From contig CM060733.1 in NCBI GenBank assembly GCA_030704615.1, positions 5,394,001 to 5,458,000 of the forward strand: a stretch of DNA of 64,000 nucleotides, given 5' to 3'. Below the pieces are notes generated by a model. That model was not told the DNA's origin, made no database searches, and was given only the letters and a program-made list of their open reading frames with translations. The first letter of the stretch is position 1, and the number at the start of each line of letters is the position of its first letter. This stretch comes from Takakia lepidozioides (Eukaryota > Plantae > Bryophyta). The translations under genes and the position numbers were made by a program. Below, one piece after another: positions 34,330-46,200 of this stretch.

Positions 34330-37300
34330 TCAGGCTCCACTTGCATACAGTCGAGTCCATTCCCTTGCTGCTTCCCCATCCCCAAAAACACTTTCGATCA
34401 ACAATGTGACTATCTACATTGAACTGGCAACTGGATAACATGGACAACATCAATATCCAGCTGGAAAACTATAATATCATAGAAGACATCCTTCCATAGA
34501 TACCATAAGACTTGTGCTACAAATACGTCAAACCAGCACCAAAGATAGCTAGTATACTGCTGGTTTAGGTTAACCATGCACCGATGTTTTTCATAGCCTC
34601 CCAAATAGATGCAAGTGACTAACATTAATATACCTTAGACATCCAACAAATGGCCGAGTAGTTGGGGCACACAGCCACTGTACATGTAGTACTGTGTTGA
34701 AAGCCACATAGGTATATGATGGATGTCACCCATTTTGACAAACCCAGCAATTAAAAGGGGGTTACTTGGTCAACTGGTCACACAATGTGTGGGTACCCAT
34801 AAAACCCAATGCTAACAAAGCCAGTACCTGCAAGGGAAGTGACTCTCACTTATGCTGGTTTTAGCCCGAAGTCTTCCCTCTCTCTGGTACATGGGGCTTT
34901 TCAGTCCTTTGGGGAAAGGTTTGGAGCGCCCCTTTAGGACCATTAGAAAGTATCCCTTCTGGTGGGAAGACGATAACCCCTTGGGGTGAGGATACACTCT
35001 AATCTACACACTTGCTTTGGCAGGAGTCCACCTGTCTAATCTCTAAAAGAAAAGTACCTTATAGTGGCAAACTATTACATTACTAGGTCAACTTCTTCAA
35101 GGAGCGAGGAATAGGCATTGTCAATCCAGTAGAATGTACATTCCATGTAGTGTGGAAATTTCCACACGATGAGCACAATGAGGTACAGACCTGTTCCAAC
35201 AGCCTCAGCCTCATTGGTCTTCCAATGCTTGGCAATGTTCTCAGCCAAAGGGTCATCTGGATTTGGCGCACTCAATAGGGCCTGAATGCTGCCATATAGC
35301 AGTAGAATGTCAGACAAAAATTGGATCATATCTTGGAGATTGCTAGCTAACACTGGCTCATTCTCAAAATTTTAACCAATATCCGAACCGCAAAGTGGGT
35401 GATATAGTTTCCTTTGATTTGGTGACTTGACGACTACAACCTCTGTTGTCATGTGACAATAACAGGGCCATTAAAATAAACCACCTGCTTCCCCCTTGGC
35501 TATGTATAAGTATAAAGATTATCTATTGAATGAGTGTTACATTTCTCTCTTCTCTCTGTGACCCTCTCTCCCTTCCCCATGAAGTCTTGACCCACTGGGG
35601 ACTCCACATACCAAACCATCATCGCCAATAGTCAGAGTACCAAAGGATCATTCATGAGCATCAAACTTACACACGGAAAGATGCAGAAAACATTTTTTGA
35701 CTAACCTGAGCAGAACTGTGCGAATTTGCAGAGCAGGACTCCATTTGTCCTTAAGAATATCTAAGCAAATGCGTCCCAGCTGCACTCACAACTTACACAT
35801 TACAGCAAGATGCAGTGAAGCTAAGCCTAAAACTTCCATAGTACTTGGCACCGGTTTTGAAAACCAATGTGGACATGTTGCCGAAGCAAGCATAGATTAT
35901 GGTGTCACTTGACCCCGAAGGGGCAACTGCCTTCCCGTGGAAAGGTGGACACCTTTATGACATCCAACATGTGGCTTGAACCCACAACCACTAGTCAAGC
36001 GGTTTGTGCCCTTAACACTGGGCTAAATGTTGGTTGTCATCGGATCATGAGATCTCATCACAATGAATAGACAAGTATGCAGAGAGAATGTAGTCATAAG
36101 ACATTTTCCATAGCCTTGTGGCCATAGACCCTTGCCCAGTTTGGGCGGAATGAGTGAGAGAGAGAATGTACTCATAAGACGTTGTTTGCCGTAGCCTTGT
36201 GGCCATTGACTGACCCCGCGCCAGGTTTGAGCGGAACACAAAGGGACAGAAACTACCTTTGTAAGGGGCTGTGTGTGATTTGCCCAATAACTAGGCCCCA
36301 AAAGGGCAGAGAGAGAGAGAGAGAGAGAGGGGGGGTACTAACCCCTAATTTAAACCAGCATTAGTGTTTGTGTTTAGGTAGTAAAAAATATATCTCTTTT
36401 TGTACTTCTGCATTTGGAATATGCATGTACATTTTACGGTATCCTTGGGCAGGTCAAAATCATCCCTAAGGAATGATAAAGTTGCAGGAAAAACCCTTCT
36501 AATGTTTAGAGAGAGAGAGAGAGAGAGTACCTTATCAATATTGGGGTGGTAGATTTTTGTCAAGAACCGGACCTGTCAGTGAACAATAAAACCAGAGCAC
36601 GAGCAGACGCTTACATCACGATGCAGATAAACCAAATGCTGCTCCAAAACAGGTACTTTGCTGAGCATGTTTCAAATCCCCTTCGCAAGCCAACTTCACT
36701 TGTTACAGTGTCATGTTCATGGTTGCCATAGTACCTCTACAATATGGTCTGGAGTTGTGTCTAAGACCTAGTTCCAAAACCGCATATTGCAGTGCACTGG
36801 GATTAGTTTAACTTTGAGCATGATTGCTTTTTACTGACGATTGGCTTCCTCACAGGTCTTATCATAAGTCCATCTAGACTGTGGCAAGACATCCCTAGGC
36901 CAGCAGATGTGATGGAATCGAACAACCCCAAGATACTGATTTGCTCAAACATCACAACTCTCTTTCTTCACACCGAGAAGTTAAAAGAGTGATACAAAAG
37001 AGACTGTGTCCATGCATCACACTGGAAATCTCACAACCATGTCTAATTAGCAGATAAGAGAAACATAAAGAGGATAAGTATGCATTCCAAAGATTTCTTC
37101 ACTTTAAACCCTAATAACCTTGGGTGCAGCCATCGGATACTCCTCGGGCAAAAATAGCTCCAACTTGAATACCCCACCTAGACCCATCCATTTGTGCCAG
37201 AGACACATAGTAAGCCTAAAATCTGCCATACCATCTGCTAAGCATGCATCCATTACTCAAGCCAAGGACTCCCTTTGATTTTGCAGCACTAGAAGTAGGG

Positions 37301-38883
37301 AGCACATGTAGAGATGGATATTGACAGGTAAACAAGACTCACTTCCAAAAAAGGAGACATTCACATTATTGACAAATTCCACACCAAATCTAACAGAAAC
37401 CCCAACTGGCAGGGCTCGTTAATCACTCCAATCCCGAAACAAGTCCACTTCATTCAAACTACTAGAGTACAATTGTGAAACTGCAGGAGTGCTTGGCAAG
37501 TACTCCAAGAATGCGCATGTGTCGCCCACAAAAAATACGAAAAAATGTAAGCAAGGTAACCATGCACCAGTGTTAAAAACTCCAGTAGAAGCCAATAAAT
37601 ATCCTTCCAAAAATCAAAAGGCAAAGTACCACTGCTTGAGTCTGTCCTAACCAAACCCATTGCATCCGATGCATGGTCACTTGGAGAGGCTGTTACATGC
37701 ATCATTGAAGAGTAAAATCACTACATGAAAACACCTCCTTCCCTGACCTGAAAACTTCACTCATACGGCAAAATGGAAACAGTGACAGTCAACACCTTCA
37801 TAAGGGGACTGGGACGGTCCCAGAATCATAACATTGAAATACCGCAAATTCTCCTCTGATGGAGAAGCACTGATGCCTGGTGCTGCAACCTCACATGACC
37901 ACAAAACCTTGTGAATCCACCACCCCTTACTCCCCACAGAACCTTTGCCAAACCTAGCCCTTACTGCCTTCCTTCTGCTTGCTATCAACCATCCTACCGA
38001 TGAGTGGCTATGAAATTATCATTCAGCCTACAGGGATTCACTTCCCATACTCACCAATGGTCAGCCCGCTACCATTCCTATCCACCCTGTGCACACAATC
38101 ACATGACCTACCACGAACTTCCAGGCAGGCTCTGCAAAGGCGAATTGCAAAAACCTACAGAAGTTTTCCTGCTCGATTCTCTTGCAACGTTAACACCGCT
38201 ACTCGTGTAATCATGACATCGAAGTGCACACCCCCAAACAAATGCGAACAAACCCTTTGTGACCGTCATACATCTCCAACACCAGTAACCATCTACTATC
38301 CCTAAAGCATAATCACACACAGCAAATTACGTACCTGGCTCACTCAGCAAGCGCTGTGTTTCCTGTCACCCAACATCCCACAGTCCCCTATTCATCGTCA
38401 GTATCAATTTCAAACAAAGTTCAGGCTAAGAAGCAAGCATGGCACGCAGATCTCCAAGTTTTCACTTTGATGTCCAATGTTCGTGTTCGAGTGCCCTAAA
38501 CTTCGCTTTAGGTATAACAACCCCGACCCTAGAGAAGACTGGCACCACAATGCCTTCCCTCTTGTAAATCCTTCTTCATAAGGCCTCCCTCCAGACATAC
38601 CAATCACCACACACCCAAAGGGCATCGCGCTCAGCTCCAACATCGAACCAGCAGATTAAAACACGACGACAGATTCCTCAACGGAAATAAAGAGCTGCCG
38701 AGAAAGCTTAGGTCCAAACAAGCAAAACGTTACAACACAAAATCCCCGCACATCCAACCAACTGGCATAAACCTCCACGACAAAATTGAGGCACTGAACA
38801 AGCTCATCTCCGACTCTACAAGAACAAACGCAAACCTTGATGATCCGCCGCGGCAGTACGCTATTCGCCGTAGGCCCCGACAT
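34330..38883 (-). CDS. UBC13: Ubiquitin-conjugating enzyme E2 UBC13 (UBC35/36-like), 8 exons, 157 aa
   Basis: Exons 38883-38836, 38362-38335, 37882-37796, 37177-37119, 36572-36531, 35779-35706, 35288-35191 and 34367-34330, all GT-AG. They splice to [25 protein letters not shown]...[37 protein letters not shown]...[12 protein letters not shown]. Confidence 0.97.
35899..36025 (-). mobile_element. tRNA-derived SINE in UBC13 intron
   Basis: Minus strand has TAGCCCAGTG (A-box) ... GGTTCAAGCC (B-box), then a body shared with 14449-14566. Confidence 0.7.
36080..36300 (-). mobile_element. Two tandem short copies of the LINE 3' end in UBC13 intron
   Basis: tgtactcataagacgttgtttgccgtagccttgtggccattgac is identical to 61060-61103. 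A second diverged copy lies at ~36085-36150. Confidence 0.85.
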
Positions 38884-40278
38884 GTTGCAGGATGTCAAAT
38901 ACCTACGCCCCTGCAGACAGCCTCTCTCCTCCCAACCCCGACCTCTCCTTCCTCCTGGATGCAGATACAGTCCTTCCTATCAAGCAGGCCACGCCCGGGC
39001 TTGAGTGGGAGCGCTGCCTGCTGCTCTACGTTGAGATCGGTGCAGGGGCGCGAGAAAGCGAGTGCGCGATGCGAGGGCCCACTGTGCGTTCCAGAAGAGG
39101 AGACAGCGTCGTGGCTTGTTTACCCAAACTCTACTCTCGCAACCGGTAACCCCCCTCTGCTTCTTCTTGTGCTCTTTCACCTTTCACTTCCTCTCTCTCT
39201 CTCCCTACTAACTTAGTACTAATCTCTGTGGGACCTTGTCTCCCTTTCTTTTCGCAACAATTGTTTGCGATAGTGTTGGGGCAAAACGCCTGACCCTTCA
39301 AACCTAGACAATGTTTTGTGAAGTGGAAGTAGGGAAGTGGTTCTTATTTACATGACCGGAGTCCGTCCCAGTTGTGGAATTTTTTTGTTGGCCGGGTCGG
39401 ATGGACAATTTCAAAGCAAAAGGAGTCTCTCTTGATGTGGAATTTTTTTGTTGGCCGGGTCGGATGGACAATTTCAAACCAAAAGGTGGCAGCCTATTTA
39501 GTGTTGTGTAGGCTTGGTTTATCTGTCACTGTAATTCACTTTTCTTGGCTGTGAAGCAGGCTACAGTGAAAATGTGATGAAATTTTAATGGGTATGAAAC
39601 TGGGCGACATGGGTAATGGTATCCCTGATTCATTAGAAGAATGTCAACAATTGTGACCTCGGATGTTAGAAGCATTGACAATTGACTGGAATGAAGACCC
39701 CATTGGGCAGGCGTGTGGGTTCAAGTCGTGATCAATGCAAGCCAGCAATAATATGCCAACTGCAGTTCATAACAATGTACTTCCAGTTGGGAGTCACTTC
39801 TATACAGATTACAACAGTAAGAAACTGCACTTGGAAACAGGAAGCCTCAGACATACTTCATTGCCAGATTGCAAAACACATCCTTATGCAGTGGGACTAT
39901 CACATTGGGACATTGTGACTATGCTTGGGTCGGGTCAGAACAACTCCTGTGAAACTTGAGCCGTGTAGTAAGGAAATTCTGATCTACTCTGCAACCACAT
40001 CGCCTTTTGAAAAGCAAGTGAATAGGGACTCGGAGGATACACATACAGCCAACCTGACTTCCCTAAAAAATCCTCCATTCCCATGTGGATCGGACAGCTT
40101 TTAGGACATGCCTTTATTATTGTTTGGGAGAGACGAAGCACACAAAACCAAGGGCACACACCAAGATAGCCTTGTGCACACTTTCTCTTCACCCCTCAAT
40201 AAATGACTGTTGGTTGGGTGCCAATGCAAAGCAGCTAGAATGCCCCCATATCTTCTAAGAGAGTCCCTACAAAGGGTG

Positions 40279-43200
40279 TCATTGTTGCTGGAACCCTCCA
40301 GCACTGCCTTTCCCTCCTACCCTGCCCCCACTGCCGCCGCTGCCCCCTCCGTTCTGCCCTGTTGGACCAGCTCCAACTACAATTCCTTGGGGCTGAACCG
40401 CAGGGTTCATAGGAGCTGGGGCAAGCCCTCCCGGTTGAAGTGCATTGTGAAGGTGGGGCATTTGAGGTTGCTGCAGATGGTGTTGCTGTGCAGGAAGAAA
40501 TGGGGGTGCTCCACTGTAGTGCACCCCTTGGATGCCTCCACCTGGTTGAGATACTGTGGACGAATTAGATATATGATCGATACTAAAAGAACACACCTGG
40601 CTACACTGAAGCCACAAGATGTCTGACCTTTACAAAGGTGGCAGGTAAGAAAGGCTCACCGCGATGCTTTGGCTGCTGACTTTGCTGAGAAGGCTGAGGG
40701 GGAGGAGGGCCTGGTTGGGGGACTGGTTGTCCGGGCATCATTCCCTGCCAACATTTGACACAAACTGAACTTGACCCACCTCTTAACTCTAACAGAGCCC
40801 ATTCATTACAAGAAAATGTTGTATATCGCAACTACTTCACTACATTATACTCCAAGGCAACAATGTTACCTGAGTACAACTATCTCTGCAGGCATGTCTT
40901 ATGTTTACTTCTTTGCAATTTGCAAAGCCACCAGAAAATAATGACTAGTTGATGAGTACTAAAAATTTAACCAGTCACAATTGAAGATATTGATCATTTC
41001 CAAACAACAGTGGAGAAATTCTGATCGTCAATACAAAGTCTACCAAAAATGTAAACTTCATGGCTACAACAGCACCACGACCTGTTCGAATATTGGCCCC
41101 TATGATGGGTCACACAGACAGATTTTATGTTTGTTTAAGACATACCTGATGGAATGGAGCCATATACACAAGTTGGTTGCTGGGCTGTCCATACATCATG
41201 TGCTGTTGATACTGGTGCCATCCAATACCAGCCAGACGCTACATTAGTTAGTCACATACACCTTCCATTCCTCCATACCCAACTTTAAACCTTGTCTTTT
41301 TTAACCCCCACAATCAACTTTCTCTACAAAATTGGGTTCCATACTCCAGGAATCACGACATCTATAGCATGTAATCAGTCTCTCTTGCTGAATAGTCAGA
41401 AAGGATAAGATATGGTTGGTGATTTATGAGATCTTACCATCTGGGCATTTGGATGGACGTAGCTGTGGCTAGGCTGCATAGGGGGTGCCTGGGAAGGATA
41501 CCTAAGTTGCTGCTGCTGTCCATATGGTCCCACAACCTGTGTAGCAAGACATTGAAAATAACATCATAAAATTGTGCAACATAGCTTTCAGTACATTGCT
41601 CAATGGTGCTGGGTTCAAATACACAGGGGTCTATGTTGATGGTCACCCTATCTTGTCCACCCACCTCTAATGGGGTTACAACATAAACTTGTCTTCCATT
41701 AACTGGGCACACAGACAGTCGGCCCATCACGTTCATGAGACTTGCAGGGAGCCTGGGAGCCATGGGCAGGGTTTTTGAGTCACTAATCAATACATGGTGC
41801 CTGCATTGCTAAAAGGTGGAATAGCATGGGATGGGCTGGCAAACAGACACTACTCATAAGCGTCGTCTTCAGTTTTTGGCAAAAATCAAATAACCTTTCC
41901 AGTAAGTTGGGTATCTTGTAGCCTCACTGTAAGTCACTCCTACAGTGCTTTGGAAAATGCCTCAGGGTTTCCTTAGCAGATATGTTACAACACTCTCATG
42001 CCATGGAAGAGATGGAGAGATTGCAGCAGAGACTTCTTTCAACAAGACCAATAAGTCTCAAATGGTCCGTAGTTGACTCATCCCTAGAGCCAAATACCCT
42101 CCCAGAAACCTTAAGTCAAGAGGTTTGTATACACAACGACACAGCAGCACATTGCCACTTCACAGCATTTTCCAGTATTCGACAAACCACTCCAACTGCA
42201 ACTACAAAGAAGTGAGGCAAAGAGGATTGCTTGTTTGCTGAGTTAAACAAGACAGTCAAAGAAACTACAGGTCAATTACAGATGAAAGTACAGGCTGAAA
42301 TTCAATCTGATTGCCATCTGACTGTCCAATAAACACTACTTGGGGAAGACATGAGAATAAGTCCTCATTCTCTCAAAGTATGACAAACACAGTCTCGCCA
42401 CGTTCGCTATAACAAGGTTACAGGAACAAGATCTACCTGCTGTTGCGAGTGAGGAGGCATCTTTATGCTGGGCTGCCCTTGCAAAACTGGTGGCATTCCA
42501 CCCCCTGGGTACCCTGAGACGTAGCCTCCCGGTGGTTGCATGTATGGTGCTCCTGCAGCCGCAGCCATGGCATTATGGTACTGAGCGAACTGAGAGGGCT
42601 GCCCTGGTTGTGGCTGCATGTATTGGCCCATAGCAACTGGCACCCCTTGGAGAGGAGTCACTGGGGGTAGGCTCGCAGGCATGTAGATAGGTTGCATAGG
42701 TGACACAGGCCTTGGAGAGCCATGGCTTGGTGTAAAAGACTTAGCATTTGGGTTGAGCTTGAACTCCTGTCCACGACAATATACGACACTTGTAAGTATT
42801 GTTCCGCCAAAGGCATGGTTTATTAGAATGACCCCACTGATAAGGCAGCTCTCTCTCTCTGTGAACTGTCTAAAACCCTGGTGGGTGCAAACCCCACAAA
42901 AGGCTCTGGGAGGGTTAGTTTCTCGCAGGGTCAATGGCCGTAAGGCTATGGCGAGTACATACTGTGAAGTCCCCTTTATGTTTCTCTGCTTGTTCCACTG
43001 TGCCCATAGACCCTCTGACACTTTTGTGGGTCTCCCTACTCAGCTCTCTTGCTCTCTCCTTGTTCTACTTGATCTCATGGGCCTGCGGGCAGTATAAAGT
43101 TTCTCATGCTGTACTTGGCACCACTATTCAGCTGGAAAACTTGAGAGGGTTGGAAGTATAGGACAAAAAATCAATCTGGGATACACCATCAACTAACAAC

Positions 43201-46200
43201 ACAAAAAAGGTGGACAAACTCACTAACCCACATGAAGGTCTTGTGAATTTGACAAACCGACATAGCCAGCTAGTTCATAAGATGCTAAACAAGCCAGAGC
43301 ATCAGAGATGTACTCATGTGACAACTGAAAAGGAAGTGACCCCCGGCGCACCTTTGCATTAGGATTCAATGTTGACTTCTTCGGGACTACTCCAGGCCCT
43401 GAAGAAGTGAGGGAAGCAGACGATGACGACGGTGACACAGTAGGGGATACCATAGTGGGGCCTGAAACACTGGGCCCTGATGTAGCAGGAGCAGGGGCAC
43501 TAAAACCCGGAATTGGCGGACCTGCTGTTGGGGGCATTGGAGCACCAGCTGCTGCTGTGACGACCCCTGGAGGTCCAGATGGATCAAACGCGCTGCCAAG
43601 CAGTGTAGCTCCGCTGGTGCTCTGCTTTGAGGGTGTCCTGAACCCTGCTGGAAGGGGTAGTGCTGAAGCAGGTGGTGCAGAAGCTTGTGCTGTGGTTAAC
43701 AGGGCTGTGGGAACTGGCGGTGCCAGACTTGATTTAAGGTCATGGGCTGCGGCAGGCCGGGCCCCTCCCTCTCTGCCGAACTCGCCTGATATGCTTTTGG
43801 CTGCCATCAAAGAGCACACGTAAAAATTGAAAACTTTCGTTGCTGAAGAAGTAATCGAGTTCATGATATGGTTCTCTCGTTTTGTAGCTTACTTTGTCAT
43901 ATTCCTTGACAGAAGATTCAGCCTTTGTAGATTTCTGTGGGGAAATGACAGCTCCTAATGATCTCATTAGAGGTGGATGACTAAACCAACCTCAATTCTT
44001 GAGTCAGCAGCAAAATGGGAGCTGAATGTCTGCTACATTGCACAAAGACCGGGATTCGTGCTGCAAGTGGAGAGAGAACTGCCATAGTGTAGAGAGGGAC
44101 ATAATAGCAAAAACAGGTAACATGCAAAGTTTACAGCTGATGAGCTTCCACAACGAGCTGACCCTACCCACAAATTCAGTAACCAGTTTCAAACTTTCAG
44201 TCAATCTCAAGATAGCCACAAGCTTGGAAGGTGCAGCACTCAAACAAGGGAAGGTCTTAAAACTAACGTGCTGCCCTTGGAGAACGAGGCTCCAGCTCCT
44301 TTTTCTGTCAAAACAGAGCAAGCATCAATCACATACATTAGCACTAGCATATTAACTGATTAGAAGGATTTTATTTGAAATCAATCAAAAGATGGGCCAC
44401 CCTAAAGCATTTGGAAGACCTGTGTTCTTGCTGATCAATTGTTTGCTAGATGTCCTCTTGATATTGACCTATTTGATTACATTTTGAAGGACCTAATTGG
44501 CTATATGAAGCATGTAAACCACCAGACTGCACAGTGATAGAGATTCACGGTTCATAAGGATGGGAAGAACAACCATGCCTCCCCAGCCCTTTGAAGGCAG
44601 ATAGGTATCAACAATGGAATATCTATGTCATACCTGTGAATTGATGTTATCTCTAGAATGCAAAAGCAAAAATGAGCAGCAACTACAAGATAAAGTATGG
44701 ATGTAGGAGCCATCAAGATCCTTCATTCCCCCTTTCCCACAAACATGGGGAAAGACACACAGAGAACTAAGCAATCATATTGAGGCACACTTGAGTTGAT
44801 GCCTACAAAATAACACAGTATGGGTTATGCACACCTTGAGGCTTTCACTGAAGGATTTCAGTTCATTAACTTGGTCCTCTCGCTGCTTTTTCCCCTTCTT
44901 AGCAGTCTCCTGCATTTTGAAGTTTTGAAACTCCCTGCGAATGTCCAAGTCACCATCGCACCTTATATTCACAATCACCCCACATCTACATCAGCTTAAG
45001 CTGCACACCAAACCACAGTCACCCCATTCTAGCACAAATGTAGAGTGCAGACTAGCTTGCAATTAACACAAACATCTCAGTGTCACACCTAAGACCATTA
45101 AGATCAGATCCCCCAAAAACTGAGTGACACTCTGGTCCCCTGTCTCTTATAGATCTGGGCTTGCTTCTACTATAGAATTGCATTACTGCAGACAAGTTCA
45201 GCGCTTGCTGCTACTTGATTGAGTCTTTCAACTAGTTACTTGGAAAATTTTCGATGCAAGTGACAAGGGGACTATTGCTTGAGGCCATTCTGTCAAACGG
45301 GGTTGAAGGGGAGGAGCACTGGCTTAACAGTATTGCAGCCACTCTTCCATGCAGTGTCCTTGATTCCTCATGCCCAGGATACTGCCATCATAGCATCTCT
45401 TGAGGGTCTTGTGTTGCAAATTCTTGTTCCTCGAATTGCAGAAAATTGGCAGATATTTAAAATACTTTTGGCCGAAATTCCTACAAAACAGTCTAAAATC
45501 TGGCACCTCAAAGCCATAATGTACCCTGCCTGTGGCACACATAAGACAAGGTGGAGCTTATGACTCCATACAGGACCACAGGCAGTCCTCACCACTGACA
45601 GATTTCTCTTAATATTGTCAGGAAGCAGAAATTGTTATAGCAGACTGCCAACATAACCTTACAGTGCTAACAAAGCACGACTCAACTAAGGGTAGGTGAA
45701 AGGAGAGTAATATTCAATAATAAAGCAAAAGGTAGTATAGCCTACATACATCAACCATTCAGAGTAAACGTGCACACTCCTTGATCAAGGCCGAAGCAGC
45801 AAACCTGTAAACATCCTCTGGAACTTGGGGACAGCTGGGGTCCAAATTGAGGGCTTGAATGCTTGTTGGATCTCCAACCAACGGCGACATGAGCGGTGAA
45901 CCCCTCCCCACAGGACTGTGGTATGGTGACCCCGGACCCTACACCACAAGCATATAGTTCACTCAACCAGAGACCAACATAACCACACTGATGCTTAGGG
46001 GGAATACGCTCCCTAGTAATTCCATCAATAAATGGATCCCTCTGCACATTCTGAGCTCGAATTGTACTTAATTGTGTTATATTGTCTCTTCTGCGACAGT
46101 TGCTGTGAGGAGACCTTCTGATTATTTAACTTTACTTGCAGGAGTCTTGTGGGCATAGGAGGATCCATGCCTGTTTTGGAAGAGCAGAGACAACGAGGGT

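Noticed and set aside
35899-36025. Functional tRNA gene
   Set aside because: A/B boxes are present but there is no convincing cloverleaf, and the non-tRNA body is shared with other dispersed copies, so it is a SINE.
39372-39480. ~63-bp-period direct duplication upstream of UBC13 as a regulatory element
   Set aside because: The duplication is real, but there is no evidence of function.
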